Shown one piece after another: positions 20,595 through 30,851 of a DNA stretch of 64,000 nucleotides; the first letter of the stretch is position 1, and every line of letters starts with the position of its first letter. Source of the DNA: a virus (Duplodnaviria > Caudoviricetes); the IMG/VR virus record IMGVR_UViG_3300021387_000688, one strand, 5' to 3'. A program made the translations under genes and the position numbers. The notes beneath the pieces are model-generated. The model saw only the letters and a program-made list of their open reading frames with translations. It made no database searches and was not told where the DNA came from.

Positions 20595-21059
20595 ATGAAT
20601 ATTTATATTGCTTCACCTTTACATACACCTGAATGTAAAAAAGAAATTCAGACGGTTGTAGATTACTTAAGAAATAGAGGGGAAAATGTTTACGCCCCTA
20701 TGGAATTAAAAATTCCAAATGCTTGGGATTTACCTAATCAGGTTTGGGCTAAGAAAGTATACGATAATGACATTGCGCAATTAAATAAAGCAGATTTGAT
20801 TGTTTGTATTTATCGTGGCTTTAAGTTTGCTGGAGGTACAGGTACTGCTTGGGAACTTGGTTATGCAGTTGCTTCTGGAAAAGATGTAATTGTTCTTTGT
20901 ACAGACATTGAATCTAAACAATCTTTAATGATTATTAACAGTGCTCTAGTTGTAGAGCCTTATGAAGATTATGAAAAGGCTTTTGAAGAATACCTTGAAT
21001 ATAAGAAAGGCAATATCATGACGCCTTATATAAATCCTAGACTACAAGATCAGTCATAA
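20595..21059 (+). CDS. nucleoside 2-deoxyribosyltransferase
   Basis: IYIASP, DIAQLNKAD, GTAWELGYA motif. Confidence 0.85.
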   Translation: MNIYIASPLHTPECKKEIQTVVDYLRNRGENVYAPMELKIPNAWDLPNQVWAKKVYDNDIAQLNKADLIVCIYRGFKFAGGTGTAWELGYAVASGKDVIVLCTDIESKQSLMIINSALVVEPYEDYEKAFEEYLEYKKGNIMTPYINPRLQDQS

Positions 21060-21063
21060 AAAT

Positions 21064-21090
21064 AGCCTCCTAGAAATAGGAGGCTTTTAT
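21064..21090. terminator. bidirectional intrinsic terminator
   Basis: AGCCTCCTA-GAAA-TAGGAGGCT between convergent genes. Confidence 0.8.
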
Positions 21091-21106
21091 TTTACCTATT
21101 TAAGAA

Positions 21107-22687
21107 TTATGCACATACACGAGGGATTACATACATTCTTACCCATTTAGAAATCAACTTCTTCATCATATTGTCTTTTACTGTTGGATCTGCATCGTTG
21201 ATACCAGTACCTGTTTCTTCAAACAAAGCGTCATCTACCAATCCTAAATATGCATCTGTTAAGTCAGATACTAAACGGAACTCAAGACCACCCTTCTTAA
21301 GAGTTATTCTCTTTCCGAAGATTGACAATCTCTTGTTTGCAGCTTCAATGATGTTTGTCATTGCTAACATGATAAGAGCTTTTGTATTGCTAATATCTTC
21401 TGGGTTCCATGCACCCTTAATTTCGATCTTTGCAATGATGTCTCCTAAACGAATCATATACTCTTCTGGAGTAAGGTGTAATTCATAGTAGTCACATCTT
21501 GAAAGGATGGCTGGGTTAACCTGAGTTGTTACCAAGTTAGATACGAAAATGATCTGTGCGTTGTAGTCCCAATCTGAAGGAAGTTTTTCCTTATCTACAG
21601 TATCCAACATTGTTTCTTCGTCACTATCTTCATTTCCACCAAAGTCCAAATCTAAGTCTAAATCTGCATCTTCATCTTCTGCTTCGAAAAGTTTGTTACC
21701 TTTGTGAGCTGCATTTTCTTTCATAGCATCAAGGAACTTCTGAGCTTTAGCTTGAATAGTTGGAGAAATATGTACGTGGTGTCTATCTGGGTCCATTGCA
21801 CCCTTCAACATGTTAGATACGTTCATATCAACGTCTCTCATGATCATTGTATCACAGTCGTCCAAAATTACAACGTCTTTATCTTTTGTAGTCCACAAGA
21901 AGTAAGCTACAGCTGACTGGTTTGTACCAATAGAACCTGTAATGGTTTCTGTGTCGCCCATTCCCAATTTGTCAAGTGTTTCACGCAAGATATAAGATTT
22001 ACCAATACCTGCATCACCCATCAACAAGAAGTAGTTCTTAGAAGATTTCTTCTGTAATACTCTTCTTAATTTACCATTGATAGAACGATACTTATCTCTT
22101 ACTGCATCTGCTGCGTTGTAAGCAATTTCAGTACCTGCATCAATCATATCCATGAAACTCCTAAGAGATTCAGATGGTTCTTCTACTGGAGCTACTGGTT
22201 CGAATATCTTAGCTGCGGCGGTTGCTCCATTTGAATACTGACGATACTTTGTATTGAATGTGCCTCTTGGTGTGTTAGCGGCTGCGTCATCTCTTCCATT
22301 CTGCTGACACCAATCAAGGAAGTCTTCATAAGACTGAGCTCCGCCCTGTGCAATATAAGCTTTAACAGCTTCAGATGTTCCTACACCTTCTTTCAAAGCT
22401 CTGCTTCTTTTTACAGATTCTGCCAATTCACCTGTTGTATCATCAAGATCGTCTTCACTTACATCCATCTCAATGTTTGCATCTGTAAAGAATTCATTTG
22501 GAACTGGTGGAAGGTCCATAGTCTGGATGTTATCCAAAAGTTCACGAGCTGGCTTAACGAGTTCAGCGAATGTTAAGTTTTCACCTTCAGATTCCCTGAT
22601 AAGTCTCTTAGCTCTCTTTACAGCTTCTTTATAATTCTTGAGACCTAACTTTTTCAAGTTTGTGTTTTTATTTTTAGTTACTCTCAT
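21107..22687 (-). CDS. AAA+-type ATPase
   Basis: Walker A GDAGIGKS, Walker B VILDD, IFVSN, AILSR. Confidence 0.8.
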   Translation of the reverse strand: MRVTKNKNTNLKKLGLKNYKEAVKRAKRLIRESEGENLTFAELVKPARELLDNIQTMDLPPVPNEFFTDANIEMDVSEDDLDDTTGELAESVKRSRALKEGVGTSEAVKAYIAQGGAQSYEDFLDWCQQNGRDDAAANTPRGTFNTKYRQYSNGATAAAKIFEPVAPVEEPSESLRSFMDMIDAGTEIAYNAADAVRDKYRSINGKLRRVLQKKSSKNYFLLMGDAGIGKSYILRETLDKLGMGDTETITGSIGTNQSAVAYFLWTTKDKDVVILDDCDTMIMRDVDMNVSNMLKGAMDPDRHHVHISPTIQAKAQKFLDAMKENAAHKGNKLFEAEDEDADLDLDLDFGGNEDSDEETMLDTVDKEKLPSDWDYNAQIIFVSNLVTTQVNPAILSRCDYYELHLTPEEYMIRLGDIIAKIEIKGAWNPEDISNTKALIMLAMTNIIEAANKRLSIFGKRITLKKGGLEFRLVSDLTDAYLGLVDDALFEETGTGINDADPTVKDNMMKKLISKWVRMYVIPRVCA

Positions 22688-22744
22688 TTCGATTCTCCTT
22701 AAAATCCTTTTTAATCTAAAAGTTGGCTTTCGCCAACTTTTTTA

Positions 22745-25039
22745 TTATCTGAACATCTCTGCTAAGCTCTCAGGAGCATCGCCGCGGTTGTTATTGATGC
22801 TTTCGCGTTCAATTTCAGCTTCTTCGCTCAACAAGTCGTTAGAGAACAAGTACTTGTCCTGAGCTTCTCTTAATGTCTTAGAGTTTCCGATGGACTCTTT
22901 CAACTCTGCATTTCCGTCAATTCTATCAAGGAATGTAGAGATTTCATCTGACTCTTTGAACAAGTTGTCTCCGTGGAGTGTTGCACCATCGATTGTATGA
23001 AGTGCCCTTCTTTCATTTCTTTCGGCAATCTTTCTAGCACGGTTCATGTGATCAAGACGAGCTTCACTTACTTTCTGTTTTGCACCAGATACTCTAACTT
23101 TAGAGCTCAATTGTTCAATTGTCTTATCTGCTTCTTCAAGCAAAGACTGTAATTGTTCATTCTGTTCTCTAAGCTTTCTGTTCTTTGCGATAACATCATT
23201 TTTAGCTCTTTCAGCCAAGATTCTATCGTGATTTGCAGTTTTCAAAGACTCGCTCATTTCATTCAACTTAGATCTTAAATTATTAACTCTTGTTGTAGCC
23301 TTGTCTAAGCTTTCATGTAATTCAACGTTTTTCTTTCCAGTAGAGATTGCAGAAAGATGAGCCTTTCTCAATTTCTCATTAAGAGTAGATTCTACATCTT
23401 TGAAGTTCTTTACAGATTCCTGCAAGCCCTTGTTCTTTGATTTCAACTCTTTGATTTCATTTTCCTGGATGTAGTTTTCTTTAGCTTCTTCAGTCATTGA
23501 GTTTACTTTGTCTTCATAAAGTGCCTTATACTTTTCAGCTTCTTTTGTAGCCTTATTCAAACACTCTTCCAAAGCTCCAAAGTCTTCAATCTTTTCTCTA
23601 ATACCATGTAACTTAGAAAGATTAGAGATTTCTAATTCTTCACAAAGTTCACGTGCTTCAAAACCTTCCTGAATAGCTTTAGAAGTATCTTTCATAATAG
23701 AGTCAATTGTATTCTGGATTGTTTCGTTCAATGTCTTCTTAGATTTAACTCCAAGAGATTCTTTCTTCAATTTTGCAATTAATGATTCTAATTCATTAAT
23801 CTTTTCTTCCCACAATTTATTAGACTTCTGCCCGATAGTCTTAACTGCTTCATTATAGTGGTCTACAAGAAGTTGTTCAGAAAGAGTTGTTTCCTCTTCT
23901 TCAGATTCTTCCTCATCGCCATCGTCGCCATCGTCGCTATCCTCATCGTCTTCAGGATCGTCTTCTTCTAACTTCTGACCTTTGTCTTTTGGCTCGTCAT
24001 CGTCATCAGAGTTTTCTTCAACTTCTTCGTCATCGTCATCTGTATCATAAACATCTTCTGGAATTTCTACAGACTTAACTCCATCGAATTTTTCAGATTC
24101 TTCACCTACATAGTGATCTTCAAATTCGCCAACATCGATCTCTTCGAAATCATCTGCATCATCTTTATTCTTAAGTTTATCTTTCAAAACGTCTTTAACG
24201 TCATCGAAGCTCTCAAATTCTTTTGTAGAGTCGTCATCGAAAGTAATCTTGAATACAGATTCATTAAGAGGCTTTTTTGTACTCTCAGTTACTTTAGTTT
24301 TCATATTATTATTCTCCTTTGATTCTCTTTTATAAACAAGATCTTTATGATCTCCATAAACACCTTGGCTTGGATTTAATACTAAATCTGCCAATCTTTC
24401 AATTTCATAATCATTTGGATCTACTGTGATTCCGTCTGCTAAGAAATCGCCATAACCTGAAGAACTAAAACCAATACGTCCACCGCGAGCGATAATCTGT
24501 AATGCAAGTTCTCCTCCAAGACCTACAAATGAACCGATACCATATACTATGCCAGCTTCTTCATCAATGAAGGCGTCCAACCAAACAATTGACTGTAACA
24601 TAAAGTCACCGTCATCATCGTCTGCAGGATGGTTTGCTAATCCTGTTCCGCCTTTCCAGATGTCTTTCTGTTTCTCTATTACGTTCTTCCACAAGTCAAG
24701 ACCATATACACGACCATTAAGGTTTGGTTCTTCTTTTGTATTAATCTTAGATACAGGGAATTGCCATAATTGGAAATCAACATCCAAGCCTTGAGACATC
24801 AAATCTTGAACAATACTATCTGCTACTGAAGGGTCTAGTTCAGACTCTTTCAACAAAGTAGATTCGCGCAGAGTTTTTCTAAGAGCATCTGGATTAACAG
24901 ATTCCCTTAAAGACTTCTTTTTAGAAGTACCCATTGTCTGTTTGAAGGATTCTACAAGAGGTTGATATTTAGGCTCGTTGGTAACGTTCTTATAGAGGGA
25001 ACGAGGGAATGAACACCTTTCTACCAAGTGTTGTCTCAT
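22745..25039 (-). CDS. prohead protease (T4 gp21-like) fused to acidic linker and coiled-coil scaffold
   Basis: NLNGRVY, ANHP, IGFSSSGYG, DLVLNPS correspond to gp21-family motifs; long coiled-coil C-terminal half. Confidence 0.8.
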   Translation of the reverse strand: MRQHLVERCSFPRSLYKNVTNEPKYQPLVESFKQTMGTSKKKSLRESVNPDALRKTLRESTLLKESELDPSVADSIVQDLMSQGLDVDFQLWQFPVSKINTKEEPNLNGRVYGLDLWKNVIEKQKDIWKGGTGLANHPADDDDGDFMLQSIVWLDAFIDEEAGIVYGIGSFVGLGGELALQIIARGGRIGFSSSGYGDFLADGITVDPNDYEIERLADLVLNPSQGVYGDHKDLVYKRESKENNNMKTKVTESTKKPLNESVFKITFDDDSTKEFESFDDVKDVLKDKLKNKDDADDFEEIDVGEFEDHYVGEESEKFDGVKSVEIPEDVYDTDDDDEEVEENSDDDDEPKDKGQKLEEDDPEDDEDSDDGDDGDEEESEEEETTLSEQLLVDHYNEAVKTIGQKSNKLWEEKINELESLIAKLKKESLGVKSKKTLNETIQNTIDSIMKDTSKAIQEGFEARELCEELEISNLSKLHGIREKIEDFGALEECLNKATKEAEKYKALYEDKVNSMTEEAKENYIQENEIKELKSKNKGLQESVKNFKDVESTLNEKLRKAHLSAISTGKKNVELHESLDKATTRVNNLRSKLNEMSESLKTANHDRILAERAKNDVIAKNRKLREQNEQLQSLLEEADKTIEQLSSKVRVSGAKQKVSEARLDHMNRARKIAERNERRALHTIDGATLHGDNLFKESDEISTFLDRIDGNAELKESIGNSKTLREAQDKYLFSNDLLSEEAEIERESINNNRGDAPESLAEMFR

Positions 25040-25137
25040 TATATTACCTATAGACTATTGTACGTTGAATTTCTCGAATACATCGGATATTACAATATTA
25101 AATTAATTAGCGCAATGATTCTATAACTAAATAATTC

Positions 25138-25662
25138 ATGTACGAAAGCATAGAAGTTGAACAAGTTCATACCATGAGGCCTATTAATCCTGTTTGGGAA
25201 ATGAAACAAACTATGAAGACTTTTGAAGAATTACCGACCAATTTAGTTTATAAAGCCGTTACTACTTCTAAATGTGGTTTAGGAAAAACTCAAGGGCAGA
25301 AAGGAGAGTACCATGGAATGTATTTTGATAGCTATTGGGAGTTTGCTTTCTATTTATACTTCTGTGAAATTAAAGGACATTCAGTTGTAAGAAATACTCA
25401 AGACTCTTTTGAATATATAGATGAGAGTGGTAAAGCCGCTAGGTTCTTTCCTGACTTTAAAGTTGATGGGGCCTATCATGAAATAAAAGGTATTTACAGA
25501 CCTAATGATATGTTAAAAAGAGATGCTACTATTGGTTTAGTAACTTTCTGGGGGCCTCAAGAAATGAGACCTATCTTAAAAGCTGTTTATGCTTATGACC
25601 CGAAGTGGAAAGAAAGATATCAAACAGTATTGCCTCATAAAATTGCTTATGGTAAAAAATAA
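25138..25662 (+). CDS. PD-(D/E)XK endonuclease-like protein
   Basis: FDSYWE...FFPDFKV...EIKG. Confidence 0.7.
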   Translation: MYESIEVEQVHTMRPINPVWEMKQTMKTFEELPTNLVYKAVTTSKCGLGKTQGQKGEYHGMYFDSYWEFAFYLYFCEIKGHSVVRNTQDSFEYIDESGKAARFFPDFKVDGAYHEIKGIYRPNDMLKRDATIGLVTFWGPQEMRPILKAVYAYDPKWKERYQTVLPHKIAYGKK

Positions 25663-25686
25663 GGGAGCTATTCGCTCCCTTTTATT

Positions 25687-28245
25687 TTATGCTATTTCAC
25701 AACAAGCATATTCGTAACAATCTTCAATTGGTACATCTGCATGTTCTCTTCGTGCTTCATAGTCTGCCATTCTTGATTGTGCAGCTCCTGTATTTGCATC
25801 TCCGATATATCCGCATACACGACGCCTAATGAACATTTGAGAGGTATCTCTGTTTCTACATGCTGGACATTCCCAAACACGTTTACCATTATCTTTTACA
25901 AGTTTGATTACTCCTCTAAATCCACAACGATAACAAATATCTCTCTTTACATTAATCTCGCAATAAAGGATGTGGTCGTACATAAAGCTTACCATGTCTT
26001 CTACAGCTTTCAAGTTGTTAGACATGTCTGGCAATTCAATATAAGAAATTGCACCACCAGTTGACTTATCCATCATCTTTGATTCTATACAGATCTTGTC
26101 TGCCCAAAGAACATTTGCAGCTGGGTCAATATGATAACTATTAGTTACATAATCGTGATCTGTAACACCTTCTACTACACCGAAGTCTCTCTTCAATGCA
26201 TCGCTAAACTTCTGTACCAAATTCTCTTCTGGAGTACCATATGTAGAAGTGTTCAACCATGAATTAGGATCTTTAGGGTCCATCAATCTTGTATGCCATT
26301 CCTCATGTTTCTTATTGAAGAAGTTTAAGATTTCATTTGCAAATGACTGATCTTCTGTAAGTTTCTTTCCTGTCATGTAAAGTTGTGTTTCCCACAAACC
26401 TACATATCCTAAAGAATAAGTACAGCGTGGACCTACAATAAAATGATTCCAATTTTCATTATCTTGTAATCTCATCAATCCACCAAATTGTCTCAACATT
26501 GGAGCAGCATCACTTGGCGCATCTTTCAATGATTCGTATCTCTTTACTAAAGCTCTATAAGCAAGTTCACAACGTTGATCAAGTATTCTCCAGAACTCGG
26601 CTTTGTTACCATGAGACTCAAGTGCAATGTGAGGAATATTTAATGTTACTACACCGCCATTAAATGCTCCCCAGAACTTAGGTCTACATACGAGTTTGAT
26701 TCTACCATTCTCTTCTTCGAAGTGATCAATCTCGTTAACGTCTCCCTTATAGTAACCTTCATTTCTTAAGAACATTCTATACTTAAGGCCTTTTGGATCT
26801 GTCTTAGAAAGTTCATAAAGACCCTTAACGGTAATTACATCTTTATAACCTCTGTTAAACTTAACTGTTTCATCGTCATAAAGTGCAGGAGGGGTAAACT
26901 GAGTAAAGAAACTTCTACAACCCATACATGGCCAAGAGTAATCTACGTGTTTAACTTTCTTTTGAATTTTTGAAGAAATAAAATCTGGTGCCATTGTTTT
27001 AGCAGCACTTTCTGCAGCCAACTTTGTCAAGTACCAATTTGGAGTACCTTCCTGATAGTTACTCTCATCCAAGAAGTAAAGTAATTTAGGGAATACAACA
27101 GGCACAAGATTTCCATGCCTATCAGGCAATCCTTTAATGCGCTGTCTTAAAACTTCTTCAAATACTTTCTTAGTATCTTCTTCCCATTGTTTGTCCCCTT
27201 CACAATCTTCAAGATTCATAGACATTGAAATGAAAGGAGTCTGTCCATTAGAACAAAGAATAGTAAGTACTTGGTACTGGAATGTTTTAACACCGTTTGC
27301 AATTTCACGGTTAACTCTAATTTCAACTCTATGTTTAAATTTATTTAACCTGTTTTCTGGAATCTTATTAGCCAAGATTTCATAAACTTGATCTACTGTA
27401 ATATCATCAATGTTATAAGACAATACTTCATATTGATCGATATCCCCTTCATACATATCGTACTTAGGCCCAATAATAAAGAAGTCTTCCAATTCACCTT
27501 CATCCAAAAGTTCATTGATAAATCTCATACGAGAAATGTTTACAGATTTTGCAATATGAGCCCAAGACATTGTTTGCCCCCCATATTGCTGTCCAGATAC
27601 TTGTGGCGCAACTTGAGAAGCTAAAGTACAATCTGTTACGAAACCTTTAGTTGTTCTATGGATAGGAGTACCATTTAATTCAAAACCATTTTCGAAGGCA
27701 TCTTTCATGTAAACTAAACAACAGTTTGACATCTTCTGTAAAGGAGAATAGTCCATGTCATGCCAATGTATGATACCTTTATTATGAGCTTCTACTATAT
27801 CTTTTGGCAATTTCTTTTTACCAATTGATTTACAACATTCTCCTGCAATATAATCTCTCTGAACGGAAAGTACACGAGGATTTTTATTTGCATTATCCTG
27901 CTTAACTGCCTCGTTTGTGTAATCACAGGTAGTCATTATCTTTTCTTCTGTTTCTGTATATTTCTTTTGAGCTTTCTTATTTTCACGGAATGTAATAAAT
28001 GAATTTGCAACTTCGAAATAGTTGAAATTCATAAAAGCGTCCCTAATCTTATCTTGAATAGTTTCTACAGAAACTGTACCAAATTGGGAAAGAGATTTCA
28101 TTACGAAATCAAACACTTCTTGTATTTTTTCATCTGATGGGATTCTATCCGTACCTAGAACTGAATTATTTGCGAGACGGATTACTCGCATGATTTTTTC
28201 GGCAGAGAAGTCCTCTTCTTGCCCATTGCGTTTAATTATTTTCAT
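25687..28245 (-). CDS. nrdD: anaerobic ribonucleoside-triphosphate reductase (class III) with ATP cone
   Basis: IIKRNG ATP cone, NCCL, MGCRS, YVTNSYH, CxxC..CxxC, RRVCGYIG glycyl-radical motif. Confidence 0.95.
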   Translation of the reverse strand: MKIIKRNGQEEDFSAEKIMRVIRLANNSVLGTDRIPSDEKIQEVFDFVMKSLSQFGTVSVETIQDKIRDAFMNFNYFEVANSFITFRENKKAQKKYTETEEKIMTTCDYTNEAVKQDNANKNPRVLSVQRDYIAGECCKSIGKKKLPKDIVEAHNKGIIHWHDMDYSPLQKMSNCCLVYMKDAFENGFELNGTPIHRTTKGFVTDCTLASQVAPQVSGQQYGGQTMSWAHIAKSVNISRMRFINELLDEGELEDFFIIGPKYDMYEGDIDQYEVLSYNIDDITVDQVYEILANKIPENRLNKFKHRVEIRVNREIANGVKTFQYQVLTILCSNGQTPFISMSMNLEDCEGDKQWEEDTKKVFEEVLRQRIKGLPDRHGNLVPVVFPKLLYFLDESNYQEGTPNWYLTKLAAESAAKTMAPDFISSKIQKKVKHVDYSWPCMGCRSFFTQFTPPALYDDETVKFNRGYKDVITVKGLYELSKTDPKGLKYRMFLRNEGYYKGDVNEIDHFEEENGRIKLVCRPKFWGAFNGGVVTLNIPHIALESHGNKAEFWRILDQRCELAYRALVKRYESLKDAPSDAAPMLRQFGGLMRLQDNENWNHFIVGPRCTYSLGYVGLWETQLYMTGKKLTEDQSFANEILNFFNKKHEEWHTRLMDPKDPNSWLNTSTYGTPEENLVQKFSDALKRDFGVVEGVTDHDYVTNSYHIDPAANVLWADKICIESKMMDKSTGGAISYIELPDMSNNLKAVEDMVSFMYDHILYCEINVKRDICYRCGFRGVIKLVKDNGKRVWECPACRNRDTSQMFIRRRVCGYIGDANTGAAQSRMADYEARREHADVPIEDCYEYACCEIA

Positions 28246-28555
28246 ATGTCCACCTTCTATTACAACTCCTACTAACTCACATGCATTATATGGATCCGGT
28301 TAGTATTCATTGTTTCAATGTTCGTTTTCAATTAGTGTAAAACATTATAGAGAATGTACATGTGTAAAGGTTTAACATTTTTTCGAAACTTTGTAAAATC
28401 TTTTTCTATAATAAAGACAATAAATAAAAAAGAAGGTTTGTTATCTGCTACTGTTTGCACCGGTGCTATAGCAAACTAGTAGTTAGATAACGCTTTAAGG
28501 GTTGATATTCCGTAAGGCGTATCAACCCTTTCTTTTTGTACTTAGGAGTTGGATT

Positions 28556-30196
28556 TTGCAGTCTGAAGTTAAATTAACAAGATTGACTACATATGCGAAT
28601 ATGGACTATGATGTTATTCAGAATACGGTCGCATTGGCAAAATTTAAAACAATCGAAGATAAGAAATTACCTCAAAATATAACAGAGTTTAGACCTTTAC
28701 TGGCAACTGCAGTAAGTGAAATGTGCGTAGAAGATACTTCATATGATGCTAAAACAAAAGCAGTTGAAACTAAAGAATTACCTCTTGATAGAATTTACTG
28801 CCATCCAAGTAACAATCTTCTTAAAGAAATTGTACAATTGAGTACAGATTGGTATTATAAAGAGTATACAGATAGGTTTAAAGTAGAAAATCCTTTAAAT
28901 GAAAATGTAGTAGAAGGATTGAAAGAATTAAGAAAATGTTGTTTTAATGTGCACGCCCAAGATGTTGATAAGTTTGTTTTGTATTTACTTAAGGGCGTAA
29001 AGTATATTCAGGATTTTGGTAAAACTGGAATTAACAATTCGGGATATCAAAAAGCACTTTTTATTACTTCAAACGTAATGCGTAATGGTAAATCTTCTAT
29101 TATTCAAAGAGTAAGAGAAGGTGCTGAAAGAGCCGGTTATATGACTGAAAGAGATTTAAGAGCTCCATTAGGTTCTTTTGAAAATCCTAAATCAACTTCC
29201 GATGTACATTTAGCTACCGTAGAAGAGATGCGTTATGATAAACAGATTTCTGTAGGAACTGTAATGCATTGGCTTCGTCATGAAATGTTTGATTATTCTG
29301 AAAAGTATGTAATGAAGACTTCTCTTCCTAGTAGAGCTTTTATCCTTGCAGCTGGAAACGGTGAACCATGGGCTAAAGGAGACCCATGTTGGGATATAGT
29401 TCATACTATATCTATGAGGATTGAAGACTTGTTAAATGAAGGAGGAGAAGTAGCAGATATTGTTAAGCGCGGGCAGAATGTACACCTTGAAAAACTTTTC
29501 AGATCTAACAATATTGACAAGGCTATAAAAACTCTTGAGGAGATTGTAAATAACAAAGAAGATGTTAATGTTCCTAAAAATGACTTAACTGAAATAAGAA
29601 GTATTCCTTTTGTAGCTCAATTAATTGATGTTATTCAAACAATGAAAGAGTGCACTATTGATTGGAGCGGAGTATCTATTTCTAAATTGAAAAGGATTTG
29701 GAGGGAGATCGGTAAACCAGAATGGGATGCTTTGAAAATTCAGCAGTTGGGTCGTGTATGCAATAACTTATATTCTAAACGTATTATTAAAAAATGTTCT
29801 AAAGATACGCAAGATGAATATAAGAAATGGGATTTAACTGCTTTGTTAAATTATACAATTGATGACCTTTCTGATAACTCACAGGTTAATGAATCTGCTT
29901 TGGATGAGTTCTGGGCTACACAAAAAGCTTGGGATGAGTTGATTAAGAAAGTAGAAGAAGGGGTTAATATTAGAAACTTGGTATTTGTTATTAAAGATGA
30001 TTTACAAAGTTTAACCGCGGATATAGAAATGCCTTCTAAAGCTTTAGAGTTTTTAGAAAGTGAAGGAAATAAAGTTAACCTAATGACTATTTTGGATAAA
30101 GGTCTTGCTCAGTTTACGGATATACCAATAAATTGGCCGCCAGACTTAATAGATAGAATAAGGAGGATTTTCGTAAATGAATACTTCTTGGAGTGA
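28556..30196 (+). CDS. VirE/SF3-helicase-like P-loop protein (paralog of 58267..59628)
   Basis: RNGKSS Walker A-like, TVEE Walker B-like, EKY...AFILAAGN; TTG start after AGGAG. Confidence 0.55.
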   Translation: MQSEVKLTRLTTYANMDYDVIQNTVALAKFKTIEDKKLPQNITEFRPLLATAVSEMCVEDTSYDAKTKAVETKELPLDRIYCHPSNNLLKEIVQLSTDWYYKEYTDRFKVENPLNENVVEGLKELRKCCFNVHAQDVDKFVLYLLKGVKYIQDFGKTGINNSGYQKALFITSNVMRNGKSSIIQRVREGAERAGYMTERDLRAPLGSFENPKSTSDVHLATVEEMRYDKQISVGTVMHWLRHEMFDYSEKYVMKTSLPSRAFILAAGNGEPWAKGDPCWDIVHTISMRIEDLLNEGGEVADIVKRGQNVHLEKLFRSNNIDKAIKTLEEIVNNKEDVNVPKNDLTEIRSIPFVAQLIDVIQTMKECTIDWSGVSISKLKRIWREIGKPEWDALKIQQLGRVCNNLYSKRIIKKCSKDTQDEYKKWDLTALLNYTIDDLSDNSQVNESALDEFWATQKAWDELIKKVEEGVNIRNLVFVIKDDLQSLTADIEMPSKALEFLESEGNKVNLMTILDKGLAQFTDIPINWPPDLIDRIRRIFVNEYFLE

Positions 30197-30455
30197 TCTA
30201 GAGTTAGACATTATCCATGCTACAGCTGATAGATTATTTAAAAATTATTCAGATTATGAATCTACTGATCCCCTTTCTGTTTTAGCTATTAGAAAGGCTT
30301 TAGCAACAACTGTTAAAGAATTTACACTAAAAGATGAGGAGGGGAATGTAGTAGATTTAACTAAAGAATTTGCTCATCCTTCTGAATATCTTATTAATAC
30401 TATCAAAGAGGTTTGGACTTCTTTGATTAAAAATTCCCCTTGCCCCGCAAATTAA
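30177..30455 (+). CDS. hypothetical protein
   Basis: AGGAGG RBS. Confidence 0.65.
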   Translation: MNTSWSDLELDIIHATADRLFKNYSDYESTDPLSVLAIRKALATTVKEFTLKDEEGNVVDLTKEFAHPSEYLINTIKEVWTSLIKNSPCPAN

Positions 30456-30520
30456 TAATGCAAAAAAATAGTCCAGATTAAACACCTGGACTATTATTTT
30501 GGTTTAAATTAAAACATGTT

Positions 30521-30805
30521 TTAGACAAGGTCCAAGTTAGACCAGAAAGACTGAATAACTAGCATATTTCTAGTTGAATCTACTGAAACAGTTGTAGCTG
30601 CATACGGTTTAGATACATCTGCTGGTGGTTCAGTTGTAGGCTGATTTCCTAAAAACTGCATTTTGAAAGGTTCAAACATTTCCATTTCAACATAGTTTCC
30701 TGCCCCTACATCTTTAATAGTGGCAATAAGATCTGTTCCTTCATAAACTGCCCATTCACATGGCAAGTCTGTATTTTGAAGAACATTAGTAACTTCTAAT
30801 CTCAT
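30521..30805 (-). CDS. hypothetical protein
   Basis: GGAGG RBS and CTATATT upstream. Confidence 0.7.
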   Translation of the reverse strand: MRLEVTNVLQNTDLPCEWAVYEGTDLIATIKDVGAGNYVEMEMFEPFKMQFLGNQPTTEPPADVSKPYAATTVSVDSTRNMLVIQSFWSNLDLV

Positions 30806-30851
30806 AAATATTTTTCCTCCATATAATAATATAGTTTTTTAAGAAATGTAT

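Noticed and set aside
25687-28245. Intein or intron in nrdD
   Set aside because: The extra segments are short and lack intein C...HN termini; the frame is continuous.
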